Assembly (NCBI GenBank): GCA_020627625.1
Contig: JAHDGL010000001.1
Location: 1-62,938, forward strand
DNA: 62,938 nucleotides
Origin: Alphaproteobacteria bacterium
GTDB taxonomy: Bacteria > Pseudomonadota > Alphaproteobacteria > Rickettsiales > Rickettsiaceae
Reading direction: 5' to 3'
Shown here: piece by piece, positions 9,192 through 20,239 of the stretch
Layout: each line of letters opens with the position of its first letter
How positions within the stretch are numbered: position 1 is the stretch's first letter
Made by a program: the position numbers and the translations under genes
Notes under the pieces: generated by a model
Database searches by the model: none
Seen by the model: the letters and a program-made list of their open reading frames with translations, nothing else
What the model was told of the DNA's origin: nothing

Positions 9192-10439
9192 ATGAAGATT
9201 GACAAAAAAAATAAATTTATTTCTATATTAATATGGTCTTGTATAACATTATTTTATTGTTATCAATACATCTTACGTCCATTACCTAATATTATAATGC
9301 CAAATATTTTAGGGAAATACGGCATAGGTGCAGCAGAGTTTGGGTCTTTTGCTGGTATTTATTATATAGGGTATATCATTGTTCATATTCCTATTGGCAT
9401 ATTACTTAGTCGCTTTGGTGCCAAAATAGTAATTCCTATATCCATAGCTTGTACTGCTATTGGCCTTGTACCTATGGTTTATTTTGATTCGTGGTATATG
9501 GTAATAGTCGGAAGAACCTTAACAGGAATGGGATCATCAGCAGCTATTGTTGGAGCTTTGCAAATATTTCGTATATTATATCCAAACAAATTTGCAATGA
9601 TGCTTGGTATCATGGTTTCTCTTGGATTAATCACAGCAGTATATGCAGGAACACCATTATCTAGTCTTATTAATTCTGTCGGTATAGATTTAACTATCAA
9701 TATTTTATTATATACTGGAATTATTTTAGCATTTATAACTTATTTATTAATGCCAAATACCACTTCTGAGATTTTAAATCACAATATTTGGTCTGATATC
9801 AAATCTATAATAAGTAACTATAAATTGTTGTTTACTAGCTTGTTTGCAGGCTTAATGGTAGGCCCATTGGAAGGATTTGCCGATGCATGGGGAAGTGCAT
9901 TTATAACAAATGTTTATGGTTTAGAAAAATCTATAGCTGATACTATTACTTTATCGATTTTCTTAGGTATGTGTATAGGTTGCGTTCTTTTACCGTATAT
10001 TGCAGACAAAACAAAATGGTTTTTTGGTGTAACAATTTTTTCTGGTATAATAATGGTTGTCTGCTTTATCTATATATTAAGCGGTCATGCAAATGCAAAT
10101 TCTTTATATTATACATGTTTAATCATTGGTATATTCTGCGCTTACCAAGTAGTGATTATTGCACGTATTGCAACATTTGTCCCAGAAAAAATCAGTGGTA
10201 TGGCAGCTGCTGTTGCTAATATGATTATAATGGCTTTTGGTTGGGTTTTTCATAATGCTATAGGTATTAGTTTAGATAATTTATGGGATGGTGCAAAAAC
10301 TATTGATGGGGCAAGAATTTATACCCCTGAGGCATTTATTGCTAGTCTAGAAATAATACCAGCAGCGACAATAATAGCAATTATAGGTCTTGGACTTATA
10401 GCGATGTCATATAAAATAAAGGCCAGATTAAAAGAATGA
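9192..10439 (+). CDS. MFS transporter, substrate unknown
   Basis: About 12 hydrophobic segments and a motif-A-like GILLSRFGAK. Confidence 0.85.
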   Translation: MKIDKKNKFISILIWSCITLFYCYQYILRPLPNIIMPNILGKYGIGAAEFGSFAGIYYIGYIIVHIPIGILLSRFGAKIVIPISIACTAIGLVPMVYFDSWYMVIVGRTLTGMGSSAAIVGALQIFRILYPNKFAMMLGIMVSLGLITAVYAGTPLSSLINSVGIDLTINILLYTGIILAFITYLLMPNTTSEILNHNIWSDIKSIISNYKLLFTSLFAGLMVGPLEGFADAWGSAFITNVYGLEKSIADTITLSIFLGMCIGCVLLPYIADKTKWFFGVTIFSGIIMVVCFIYILSGHANANSLYYTCLIIGIFCAYQVVIIARIATFVPEKISGMAAAVANMIIMAFGWVFHNAIGISLDNLWDGAKTIDGARIYTPEAFIASLEIIPAATIIAIIGLGLIAMSYKIKARLKE

Positions 10440-10451
10440 ACCTAGACATCT

Positions 10452-10502
10452 TATACTATTTTTCATTTTGAATTGGAGGTTTGCATTTCAAGCTGAGGCT
10501 GG
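10452..10502. repeat. RPE-like element, 5' half only
   Basis: TATACTATTTTTCATTTTGAATTGGAGGTTTGCATTTCAAGCTGAGGCTG aligns with the first ~50 bp of 20047-20175. Confidence 0.7.
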
Positions 10503-10503
10503 C

Positions 10504-10521
10504 CAACGCATATTTGCTATA
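10504..10521. repeat. Partial copy of the 25-bp mini-palindrome
   Basis: CAACGCATATTTGCTATA is the exact reverse complement of 34523-34540. Confidence 0.7.
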
Positions 10522-10526
10522 GTAGA

Positions 10527-11180
10527 TTATATCGACTTTACAGGCTCTATTATGACACTATTATTATTCTGTTGCGTAGGGTTTGTATATTCTTTATTTT
10601 TTACAGAGGATTTAGTATAAGATGTTTTTGTTATAGTAGATTCTATTTGTTGTTTATCTTTTAGTTTATTTTCTTGGTGTTGTTTTTCTTTTTTCAGACT
10701 CTGATTTTCTGATTTATACAAAGCAAGTTCTTGACGAGCCTCATTTAACATAGATTTGATATTATTTATTTCTTCACGTAATTCTAGATCAATCGGCTTT
10801 ATGTAATCTGTGTGGGTATTAATCTTATGATTTGCCTTAGCAATTGAATGAGAACATTCATTGCAAGATGGACTAGCATTATCATCATTTTCTCTTTTTT
10901 GCTGTGACTCTTCGTGAATCATCGCTTTATACATTTCTATATTTTGAAGTTCAACATTTTCATTTTCGTATAATTCATCATCAATGAATTGATCTTCATC
11001 GTAATTATTGCGCATAATATTTTTTTTTGCTTGAGCAATATATTTTTTATTATACAAAGGAAATCTTTTTTCACCTTTTAAACCTTTAAGATCAGACATT
11101 TTATTATTAGCAGAGCGTTCATTAGAACAATTAGTAAGAAAAAAAGATAAGATAATTAAAATGAATGTTTTTCTAGTCAT
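10527..11180 (-). CDS. Hypothetical lipoprotein with a coiled coil
   Basis: Signal peptide with lipobox LTNC and a C-terminal heptad-like segment. Lies downstream of murG. Confidence 0.7.
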   Translation of the reverse strand: MTRKTFILIILSFFLTNCSNERSANNKMSDLKGLKGEKRFPLYNKKYIAQAKKNIMRNNYDEDQFIDDELYENENVELQNIEMYKAMIHEESQQKRENDDNASPSCNECSHSIAKANHKINTHTDYIKPIDLELREEINNIKSMLNEARQELALYKSENQSLKKEKQHQENKLKDKQQIESTITKTSYTKSSVKNKEYTNPTQQNNNSVIIEPVKSI

Positions 11181-11282
11181 AAGGCTAAATATTATATTAC
11201 ATCAAAAATAATTTATACAATATTAATTAATGTCATATAAACTTTTTAGTTTCAATAACGAATGACTATTTTCCTTAAAACA

Positions 11283-12398
11283 TTATTCAATTATTTTCAA
11301 AACTGTGTCGGCTAAATGTCTAGCCCCATTAGTTTTTCTGGATAATAGATTTTTTGAAGCTTGAGTAAGCAAATCTCTATTTGTAATTAGTTCATTTATT
11401 TTTTCAGCTAAAATCAGAGATGAAATGTCTTTTTGCGCATAGCACCAGCTAGCATTACTATTTTCTAAATCTTTTGCATTAAAATATTGATGATTATCTG
11501 CAGCATATGGGTAGGGAATAAAAATTGCTGGCAGGCCAATATTAGATAATTCTGCGATAGTACTCGCTCCTGAACGTGCAATAACTAATTGTGATTTATT
11601 ATAAATTTCAGATATATTATGAAAAAAATCAGATATTTCATAGGTCACATTAAGTTTTTTATAAAATTCTGCCAATTTATTCTGGTCTTCTTTTTTGGCT
11701 TGTTGCGTTACACTAATATCAATTGATGGATTAATTATTTTTAGTTTCTCTATTGCTTTTGGTACTAGATCTGAAAAGATTTTAGCTCCTTGACTTCCTC
11801 CAAAAACAAACAGGTGAAAATCTTTATTATAAAAATTATTTTTTTCTACTAAATTTTGAATATTTGAACGCACCACATCACCAGTAAATAGTAATTTTGA
11901 TTTGAGTTTTGTATCAATATTCTTGGTCTTCTCATAAGATAAGGCTATTAACTTGGCATATCTAGCAAAATAACAATTTGTTTTACCCAAAAAACAATTT
12001 TGTTCCTGTATAATTATTGGTATTCTAAATAATCGAGCTGCTAATAAACTTGGAAAACTAGGATATCCACCAAAGCCAATTACTATATCTGGTTTAATTT
12101 TACGTAACAAGATGGCCGTTTTAATACAAGCTCTGAGTAATTTTATCACTGACTTAATTTTATTAATGAACCCAAACATTGAAAGATGTAAGTCGACTAT
12201 ATGTATATTAAAAGACAAATCATCAGTAAGATATTTCTGGCAACGCAGATCTGTAATAAGATGTATATCAGTAATGTTATTATTGTAATGATTATTAGGA
12301 GATTGAATCTTTAGTAATTCTTCTGCAATAGCAATAGCTGGAAATAAATGACCACCTGTTCCCCCTGCTGCTAATAAAATAGCTCTCTTTTTCTTCAT
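11283..12398 (-). CDS. murG: Lipid II GlcNAc transferase MurG
   Basis: AAGGTGGHLFPA, GFGGYPS, GGSQGA, RSGASTIAE, HQYFNA. Confidence 0.97.
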   Translation of the reverse strand: MKKKRAILLAAGGTGGHLFPAIAIAEELLKIQSPNNHYNNNITDIHLITDLRCQKYLTDDLSFNIHIVDLHLSMFGFINKIKSVIKLLRACIKTAILLRKIKPDIVIGFGGYPSFPSLLAARLFRIPIIIQEQNCFLGKTNCYFARYAKLIALSYEKTKNIDTKLKSKLLFTGDVVRSNIQNLVEKNNFYNKDFHLFVFGGSQGAKIFSDLVPKAIEKLKIINPSIDISVTQQAKKEDQNKLAEFYKKLNVTYEISDFFHNISEIYNKSQLVIARSGASTIAELSNIGLPAIFIPYPYAADNHQYFNAKDLENSNASWCYAQKDISSLILAEKINELITNRDLLTQASKNLLSRKTNGARHLADTVLKIIE

Positions 12399-13537
12399 TA
12401 TAGCTTGTTATTAATATATTGATTCTTATATCTTGTAAGGGAAGCTGTACGTTTTGTCAAACCAAGTAACATACCAATAGATAATGCTATTGCCAAAGTA
12501 GATGACCCTCCGTAACTTATAAATGGTAAGGTCATACCTTTTGTTGGCAATAAATTCAAAGTAACACTGATATTAATAGTAGATTGCAAACCAAATTGTG
12601 TGATCAACCCAATAGCAGAAAGTTGAATAAATTTATTATTCTCGTTTTTGAGATTACTTAAAGTTCGAATCACAATAAATGCAAATACAGATACGAGCAT
12701 AATGCATATAATCGCGCCAAATTCTTCTCCTGCTACTGCAAATATAAAATCACTATGCGAATCAGGTAAATGCTGCTTAACCAAACCTTCTCCTGGTCCT
12801 TTACCGAATAATCCACCATTCTGAAAAGCTAATATCGATTTTGTTATTTGATAATTTTCACTATTAGTCGGATCTAGGAAATTGTTAATTCTTGCTGCAA
12901 CATGTGGCAATAATAAATATGCCAGGAGCGTTCCAAATATCCCTCCAATGAAAGATAATATTATCCATATAAAAGGCAAGCCTGCTATAAATAATTGTAT
13001 ACCAAATATAGCAGTAATTAATACTAACATACCAAAATCTGGTTGAATAACAAGTAAACCAGCAACAATGATATATAAGATCATAGATAATTGGAAGCTA
13101 GGAAAATCATCTTCGTATTTTAATGACAATATCCAACCAATTACAATACAAAAAAATGGTTTAATAAATTCTGATGGTTGATACGAAAATCCAGCAATCC
13201 TTAACCAACGTACAGAACCTTTAATTTCATAGCCATGGAATTTGACTAGAATTAGCATAGCAATACTAAATAAGAAGCCTAAAATGCTTATGCGTTTGAT
13301 CCATTTTTTATCCAGTGCAGAAAAAATAAATACACAGATTATAGCTATAATTAAGTAAATTACTTGCCTTGAGGAAAAATAATTACCATGTAACCCAATC
13401 GTTTCTGCAACAGATGAGCTAGTTGTTGTAACTAGCATTAAACTAAATGATATTAAAATAGTTAAGGCAATAATTATTGGTTGGTCAATATTACGCCACC
13501 AATTTTTGATAAAATTATTTTTATTTAAATTTTGCAT
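12398..13537 (-). CDS. ftsW: Cell division peptidoglycan polymerase FtsW
   Basis: QPSEFIKP, QPDFG, LPDSHSDFIF, PTKGMTLPFISYGGSS, between murD and murG. Confidence 0.95.
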   Translation of the reverse strand: MQNLNKNNFIKNWWRNIDQPIIIALTILISFSLMLVTTTSSSVAETIGLHGNYFSSRQVIYLIIAIICVFIFSALDKKWIKRISILGFLFSIAMLILVKFHGYEIKGSVRWLRIAGFSYQPSEFIKPFFCIVIGWILSLKYEDDFPSFQLSMILYIIVAGLLVIQPDFGMLVLITAIFGIQLFIAGLPFIWIILSFIGGIFGTLLAYLLLPHVAARINNFLDPTNSENYQITKSILAFQNGGLFGKGPGEGLVKQHLPDSHSDFIFAVAGEEFGAIICIMLVSVFAFIVIRTLSNLKNENNKFIQLSAIGLITQFGLQSTINISVTLNLLPTKGMTLPFISYGGSSTLAIALSIGMLLGLTKRTASLTRYKNQYINNKL

Positions 13538-13557
13538 TACATTGTTTAAGATCTATA

Positions 13558-14928
13558 TCATTTAAATTGTGCATTATATAAATTGATAAAATTATTCCCC
13601 CTATCTGCAAAATTTTTAAATTGATCAAAGGAAGAACAAGCCGGGGCTAATAATATATTAATTAATTCTGATTTAGCTTGCTGTGCATCATTAATCGCAG
13701 CATTAAATGCCTCCTTCATATTATCATGAACAGAATAATCAATTTTACCTTCTAAATATTTTGCAAATAGTAATTTACTCTCTCCAAAAAGATAGGCTTT
13801 GTTGATATTATGAATAGATTCTGCTATAGGTTCTAGAGTTTTTTCTTTAAACACACCACCAGCTAACCAAAAAATATTTTCAAGTGCTGATAAAGATGAT
13901 AAGGCAGAACTAATATTCGTTGCTTTACTATCATTGTAAAATGCAATATATTTTTGCCTACCGATAAATTGCCTACCGATAAATTGCATTCTATGTTTTA
14001 AACCTTCGAAACTTGATAAATGTTTTAGAATATCCTTTCCTTGAATTCCAATTGCTCTGCATACTGCAAAAGCCGATGCTACATTCTCTAAATTATGCTG
14101 ACCAGGTAAATTACTTAATAATGGTAATTTATAAGATTCAAAATCAAAAAAACTATCTGTTAAATGCTCTGAGTTACAATTAATACCTTTAAAATTTTGT
14201 CTATGACTTATATTACTATGATTTATATTATTATGATCGATATTAATAGGAATAAGTTTTTTATCTCCTAGATTATATAATTTATTATATAATCTTTTAG
14301 AATCGACGCTATTAGTACCTATTATCTTTAAGCCATCTCCATAAAATGCTTTTTCCTTAGCAGCGCAATAGGCCTTGTAACTACCATGCCTATCTAAATG
14401 ATCTGGCGATAAATTAAGCAAAACAGAAATCTTAGGATCAATTGATGGTAATAAATCTAGTTGAAACGAAGATAATTCTAAAACATAACCTTTTGCATAA
14501 TGCGGAAGATCAAGAACAGGAACGCCAATATTTCCACCAATATGGTAATTTAGATTATTTTGTTTAATAATATGTCCAATTAATGCAGTAACGGTGCTTT
14601 TACCATTAGTTCCGGTAATTACAATAATATCGGAATCATGATTAACATCTAAGAATAATTCAACATCAGAGGCAATTCTTATATTATATTTTGATGCTAG
14701 AGAAAATATTTCATGTCCAGATGGTATGCCAGGGCTTACAATAATAATATCTAGTTCTTGCCATTCTGGATCTGATATTGGTAATAAAAATTGTGAATCA
14801 ATTTTATCTTGGTTTACTTTCGCATCATCCCAGCAAATAAGCTTATTGGTTTTAGTTTTTAAAAAATTAAAACTAGATATACCGCTAATGCCAAGGCCAA
14901 ATATACCAATTTTTTTATTATTAATCAT
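13558..14928 (-). CDS. murD: UDP-MurNAc-L-Ala:D-Glu ligase
   Basis: GLGISG, ITGTNGKST, LELSSFQL, DHLDRH, NDSKATN, PACSSFDQF. Start taken at ATG 14928 rather than TTG 14982. Confidence 0.96.
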   Translation of the reverse strand: MINNKKIGIFGLGISGISSFNFLKTKTNKLICWDDAKVNQDKIDSQFLLPISDPEWQELDIIIVSPGIPSGHEIFSLASKYNIRIASDVELFLDVNHDSDIIVITGTNGKSTVTALIGHIIKQNNLNYHIGGNIGVPVLDLPHYAKGYVLELSSFQLDLLPSIDPKISVLLNLSPDHLDRHGSYKAYCAAKEKAFYGDGLKIIGTNSVDSKRLYNKLYNLGDKKLIPINIDHNNINHSNISHRQNFKGINCNSEHLTDSFFDFESYKLPLLSNLPGQHNLENVASAFAVCRAIGIQGKDILKHLSSFEGLKHRMQFIGRQFIGRQKYIAFYNDSKATNISSALSSLSALENIFWLAGGVFKEKTLEPIAESIHNINKAYLFGESKLLFAKYLEGKIDYSVHDNMKEAFNAAINDAQQAKSELINILLAPACSSFDQFKNFADRGNNFINLYNAQFK

Positions 14929-15042
14929 ATTTTTATTATATATGCTATGGTTTTTCTCAACATACAATTTTTCAACATACAATCCATAAACATAGCTTGA
15001 GGTTAATTTAGTGAACGTGCGTTAACTATATTCTAAAGCAAT

Positions 15043-16144
15043 TTATTTTCCTGCATTTGCTGCCAAAGATGCTGATATAAATTTTTCTAAATCTCCGTCT
15101 AATACGTTAGATGAATTACCAGTTTCATAATTAGTACGTAAATCTTTGACCATTTGATATGGTTGCAACACATAAGATCTGATTTGATTACCCCAACCAT
15201 TATCAGTCTTGGCTGCATTTTGTTTATTTAGCTCATCATGTTTTTTCTGGATTTCTAATTCAAACAACCTTGCCTTTAACATAGACATTGCCTCTGCCTT
15301 GTTTCTATGTTGGGAGCGATCATTCTGACATTGTACTACAATATTAGTCGGTATGTGCGTAATACGCACAGCAGAATCAGTTGTATTAACATGCTGCCCA
15401 CCTGCTCCTGATGCTCTGTAAGTATCAACACGTAAATCTTTATCTTCGAGAGTAATGTCTATATTCTCATCAACTTCCGGATATACCCAGCAAGAGGCAA
15501 AGCTAGTCATGCGTTTCCCTGCCGCATTAAAAGGCGATATACGCACTAGACGATGTACGCCAGATTCAGTCCTAAGCCACCCGTAAGCCATTTCTCCTTT
15601 GAATTTGATGCAGCATGATTTGATCCCAGCTTCCTCACCAGAAATTATATTAACTATTTCTGTTTTGAACCCCATTCTTTCACCAAAACGTAAATACATG
15701 CGCATCATCATAGAAGCCCAGTCATGACTTTCTGTGCCCCCCGCACCTGCATTTATTTCTAAGAAACAATTATTCATATCAGCTTCACCAGAGAATAGGC
15801 ATTGAATTTCTAACTTCTCTGCCATTGCTGCAATATTTTCCATCTCATGTTGAATTTGTTTCAGAAGATCTTCGTCACTCTCGCTTTCGGCCATAATTGC
15901 AAGCTCTATATTTTCTTGCAATCCATTATTTATATAATCGTACGAGCTGATTATTTTTTCTAATAAGCTTTTCTCTTTTAAAATAGACCCAGCTTTTTGT
16001 TGATCATTCCAAAAATCAGCAGCAAGAGATTCTTCTTCTAATTCAGAAATACGTTCTCTTGATTTATCTGGGTCAAAGTGACCTCCTGAGCAATATCAGT
16101 GATTCCTCTATTTTGTTTTTTAAATTTTCTAGCTCTGAGCGCAT
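15043..16144 (-). CDS. prfB: Peptide chain release factor 2, expressed through a programmed +1 frameshift
   Basis: SPF and GGQ motifs. An upstream 23-codon frame (MRSELENLK...LLRRSL) joins the main frame at CTT-TGA-C. Confidence 0.97.
16072..16087 (-). promoter_or_regulatory. RF2 autoregulatory +1 frameshift cassette
   Basis: The minus strand reads AGGAGG TCA CTT TGA C: internal Shine-Dalgarno, 3-nt spacer, then the CUU-UGA-C slippery stop. Confidence 0.95.
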
Positions 16145-16298
16145 TACATATTACCTGAAATTAATTACGTAAAAATGACTAAAATTACTATCTAAATTGA
16201 AGTAAAATGACATTTTACTTCATATTTTACTATATTTAGAAATGATATTTTACTATATTATCTAGATTAATTAATATAGCAAATATTTAAAAACAAAA

Positions 16299-18116
16299 AT
16301 GACCAATAAAAAATTTATCAGAAATTTTTCAATTGTTGCGCATATAGATCATGGCAAATCTACACTAGCTGATCGCTTAATTGAATATTGCGGTGGTTTA
16401 CAACAAAGAGAAATGGAACAACAAGTTCTAGATTCAATGGATATTGAAAGAGAACGTGGAATTACCATTAAAGCGCAAACAGTCAGGCTTGAATATAAGG
16501 CTAAAGATGGAAATCTTTACCATCTTAATTTAATGGACACACCTGGTCATGTAGATTTTTCTTACGAAGTAAGCAGATCGCTAGCTGCATGCGAGGGGTC
16601 TTTACTTGTTGTCGATGCAAGTCAAGGAGTTGAAGCGCAGACACTGGCTAATGTTTATCAAGCTATTGATAATAATCATGAAATAATCCCTGTTCTTAAT
16701 AAAATTGATCTACCAGCTTCAGAGCCAGAAATGGTCAAAGAACAAATCGAAGATGTTATAGGAATCGATACTAGTGATGCTTTAATGATCTCAGCAAAAA
16801 ATGCAATTGGCATAGAGGATGTGCTTGAAGCTATAGTTAATCGCTTGCCTGCGCCAAAAAATAATTTCTTAGAAGAAAAAAAACCAGATGTATTAAAAGC
16901 TCTGCTTGTTGATAGTTGGTATGATCAATATTTGGGTGTAGTAATTTTAGTTCGAGTTTTTCAAGGCTCGTTGAAAAAAAATATGAAAATTAAAATGTTG
17001 TCTACGCAAAAAATATACAATATAGACAATGTTGGTTATTTTACGCCTAAAAAAGTCATGTGCGAATCTCTTGACGAAGGGCAGCTAGGTTTTTTTACCG
17101 CATCAATTAAAAAAGTTACTGACTGTAAAGTTGGAGACACTATAGCAGAAAATTCTAATCAAGATATTACTGTGCTACCAGGATTTAAACCTAATCTGCC
17201 GGTAGTTTTTTGTGGTCTATATCCATCTGATGCGTCCGAATTTGAATCACTCAAAGATTCATTAGAAAAGCTACATTTAAATGACGCAAGCCTTGAATTT
17301 GAAACGGAAAGTTCTAACGCTCTAGGATTTGGTTTTCGTTGCGGTTTCTTAGGGTTATTACATCTTGAGATCGTACAAGAAAGATTAGATCGTGAATTTG
17401 ATCTAGACCTAATAACTACGGCTCCGAGTGTGATTTATCAGGTCATTTTGAATAGCGGAGAACAATTAGAAGTTCATAATCCTGCAGACTTCCCAGATAC
17501 TCAATCAATCGAGTCGATGTTAGAACCTTGGATTAAGGCTACAATTATGGTTCCAGAAGAATATCTTGGCGCAGTTCTAACATTATGCACTGATAAGCGA
17601 GGCATACAATCTGATATGCGCTATATGTCTGGACGGATGATGCTGATTTACCGCCTACCATTAAATGAAATTATTTTTGATTTTTACGATCGTTTAAAAA
17701 GCTGCACTAAAGGTTATGCTAGTTTTGATTGGGAAATGGATGGTTATGAAAAAAGCACTTTAGTAAAATTAAATATTTTAGTTAATAGCGAACCAGTTGA
17801 TGCGCTTTCAACTATTGTACATAAATCAAGAGCTGAATTCCGAGGCAGAGAATTATGTAAACGTTTGAAGGATCTAATACCAAGGCAATTATTCCAAATT
17901 GCAGTGCAAGCTGCTATTGGTGGTAAGATAATCGCAAGAGAAAACGTGAAAGCAATGCGTAAAGATGTGCTTGCAAAATGTTATGGTGGTGATGTTTCAA
18001 GAAAACGTAAGCTTTTAGAGAAACAAAAAGCTGGTAAAAAAAGAATGCGGAACGTAGGAAATGTAGAAATTCCACAATCAGCCTTCATCGCAGCATTAAA
18101 GGTTGGTGATGATTAA
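16299..18116 (+). CDS. lepA: Translation factor LepA (EF4)
   Basis: [43 protein letters not shown]. Confidence 0.98.
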   Translation: MTNKKFIRNFSIVAHIDHGKSTLADRLIEYCGGLQQREMEQQVLDSMDIERERGITIKAQTVRLEYKAKDGNLYHLNLMDTPGHVDFSYEVSRSLAACEGSLLVVDASQGVEAQTLANVYQAIDNNHEIIPVLNKIDLPASEPEMVKEQIEDVIGIDTSDALMISAKNAIGIEDVLEAIVNRLPAPKNNFLEEKKPDVLKALLVDSWYDQYLGVVILVRVFQGSLKKNMKIKMLSTQKIYNIDNVGYFTPKKVMCESLDEGQLGFFTASIKKVTDCKVGDTIAENSNQDITVLPGFKPNLPVVFCGLYPSDASEFESLKDSLEKLHLNDASLEFETESSNALGFGFRCGFLGLLHLEIVQERLDREFDLDLITTAPSVIYQVILNSGEQLEVHNPADFPDTQSIESMLEPWIKATIMVPEEYLGAVLTLCTDKRGIQSDMRYMSGRMMLIYRLPLNEIIFDFYDRLKSCTKGYASFDWEMDGYEKSTLVKLNILVNSEPVDALSTIVHKSRAEFRGRELCKRLKDLIPRQLFQIAVQAAIGGKIIARENVKAMRKDVLAKCYGGDVSRKRKLLEKQKAGKKRMRNVGNVEIPQSAFIAALKVGDD

Positions 18117-19023
18117 ATTTGATAAGAAACAAGATAAAATAGCTATTATTGCTCCGGCTTCTGGTTGCAAAAATGGTGATGGTCATCTACATTTAGAAAA
18201 AAGCTTAGCCCGTCTTTCGAACCTTACAAAATTTTTCAAAGAAAATGGATTTAAATATGCTTTTGATCCTAAAATATTTACAATTAATGATTTAGGTTAT
18301 TTTGCTGCGCCGAAAATTGAACGTCTCAAACAATTAAAACAAGCTATTCTAGATCCAGAAGTGAAAATAATATTTACATTTCGTGGTGGTTATGGATCTG
18401 CTGATATTGCATTTGATTGCATTGATATATCACCTTCTAAACCAAAAATTCTTATAGGATTTAGCGATATTACTGTACTACATTTATTATTCAGACATTA
18501 TAAGTTGCCATCCATACACGGTTCTATGGATGCAAAAAACGATAAAATGTTACAAGAAATAATTTCGGTTTTAAATGGTGGTTCTGTTGAGATAGAATTA
18601 GAAAATATTTCATATGAGCCTAAGTTTCGAAATATTGATATAGAAGGTGAAATTATTGGTGGAAATTTAACAATATTATGCAGTATGCTCGGTACAAAAT
18701 TATCTCCGATTACTAAAGATAAAATTTTGTTTTTAGAGGATATAAATGAAGAAGGCTACCAAGTGCACCGTCATTTACTACATATGTATCATGCTGGTTT
18801 ATTTAATCAGATTAAGGCTTTAATTATTGGGGAATTTAGCTATTCAGATCAGCATCTTGAACCAACTATTACATCTTTTATTAAAGAATATTTATCAAAT
18901 ATTCCAGTATATAGAACTAATCAAATTGGTCACGGTGATGTAAATCTTCCTATTACAATAGGCGCTATTGGAAAAATCCAGAATAATTGTTTTACAATTC
19001 CTAGCCTGTTTAAATTAGTATAA
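18109..19023 (+). CDS. ldcA: LD-carboxypeptidase (peptidase S66)
   Basis: RGGYG, GFSDIT (Ser), GGNL, LEDINE (Glu) and GHG (His) give the full triad. ATG 18109 overlaps the end of lepA. Confidence 0.88.
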   Translation: MIKFDKKQDKIAIIAPASGCKNGDGHLHLEKSLARLSNLTKFFKENGFKYAFDPKIFTINDLGYFAAPKIERLKQLKQAILDPEVKIIFTFRGGYGSADIAFDCIDISPSKPKILIGFSDITVLHLLFRHYKLPSIHGSMDAKNDKMLQEIISVLNGGSVEIELENISYEPKFRNIDIEGEIIGGNLTILCSMLGTKLSPITKDKILFLEDINEEGYQVHRHLLHMYHAGLFNQIKALIIGEFSYSDQHLEPTITSFIKEYLSNIPVYRTNQIGHGDVNLPITIGAIGKIQNNCFTIPSLFKLV

Positions 19024-19923
19024 ATGAATATGGAAATTCGTATTGGTACCAGAAAGAGCAAATTAGCACTTATTCAAGCTAATATAGTTGTTGATCAAAT
19101 TAAAAATCAAATACCTAATATTGAGTGCAAACTAGTTCCAATTATTACTAGTGGTGATAAAATTACTAATAAAAATTTATATGATATTGGGGGTAAGGCT
19201 CTATTTTTAAAAGAAATAGAGGAGCAATTGCTTGATAATCAAATTGATTTAGCCGTACACTCACTTAAGGATGTGCCAGGTATATTACCACAAGGTTTAT
19301 CAATTTCAGCAACCATTGAGCGCGAAGACCCTAGAGATTGTTTTGTTTCTTATAAACATAAATCTATTAAAGAATTACCCATTGGTGCAATAGTAGGCAA
19401 CTCCTCGGTGCGTCGTAAAATATTGCTACAAAAATTTCGTCCAGATTTAAAAATAGTACAATTCCGCGGTAATATAAATACCAGGTTAGAAAAATTAGAA
19501 AATGGTGAAGTAGATGCCACAATACTAGCTTGCGCTGGGCTTATGCGTGCTAATTTATTTAATCCAGAATTTTGCTATCCTTTAGAATTTAATCAAATGT
19601 TACCAGCGGCAGGTCAAGGTACTATAGCTGTTGAGATTTGTGAGGATAATCACACAATGCAAGATATTTGCAATAAAATTAATCATTTAGATACTTGGTA
19701 TTTATCATTAGCAGAGCGTAGTTTTTTAACGTATCTTAATGCTAGTTGTCGTACTCCATTATCTGCTTATGCTGTATTTAAAGATGGTCAAATAGAAGCT
19801 ACTTATATGATGTCAGATATCGAAGGTAATAACATTCGGTATCACAAAGAAATAGGAGATACTAAATCTGCTGCTGATATGGGAATTAGGGCTGCCAAGA
19901 TCATGCTAGATATTGCTAAATAA
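19024..19923 (+). CDS. hemC: Porphobilinogen deaminase
   Basis: IGTRKSKLALIQ, GGKALFLKEIE, AVHSLKDVP, RGNINTRLEKL and the cofactor Cys in ASCRTP. Confidence 0.97.
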   Translation: MNMEIRIGTRKSKLALIQANIVVDQIKNQIPNIECKLVPIITSGDKITNKNLYDIGGKALFLKEIEEQLLDNQIDLAVHSLKDVPGILPQGLSISATIEREDPRDCFVSYKHKSIKELPIGAIVGNSSVRRKILLQKFRPDLKIVQFRGNINTRLEKLENGEVDATILACAGLMRANLFNPEFCYPLEFNQMLPAAGQGTIAVEICEDNHTMQDICNKINHLDTWYLSLAERSFLTYLNASCRTPLSAYAVFKDGQIEATYMMSDIEGNNIRYHKEIGDTKSAADMGIRAAKIMLDIAK

Positions 19924-20046
19924 TTAATTTACAATTCTCTATAGTAACTTCATAGTAACTCTAATCAATAGAAATTTTTAATTTTACTATAATGTCACTT
20001 TATATATTAATTTTCTTGAAAAGAATCTAAAAATTAAATAACCTAT

Positions 20047-20175
20047 TAATACCATTTCTCATTTTTGAATTAGAATTTTACATTTCAAGGTGAGGCTGCG
20101 CAGCGTATATAGATAAGTAAGCACAGACAAAACCTGCAAAATGCTAATATATAATTTGAAATGGGAGTTGGTATA
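20047..20175. repeat. RPE-like palindromic element, full copy 2 (~129 bp)
   Basis: TAATACCATTTCTCA...TGAAATGGGAGTTGGTATA. Shares GCAAAATGCTAATATATAATTTGAAATGGGA with copy 1. Confidence 0.85.
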
Positions 20176-20239
20176 ATTAAGGCTATTTTTTATCTATTAT
20201 TTTACACACAAATAATAAAAATTAAAATTAGAGTAAATA

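Noticed and set aside
15043-15921. prfB as a truncated 292-aa gene or pseudogene
   Set aside because: The missing N-terminus is encoded upstream and joined by the canonical frameshift cassette.
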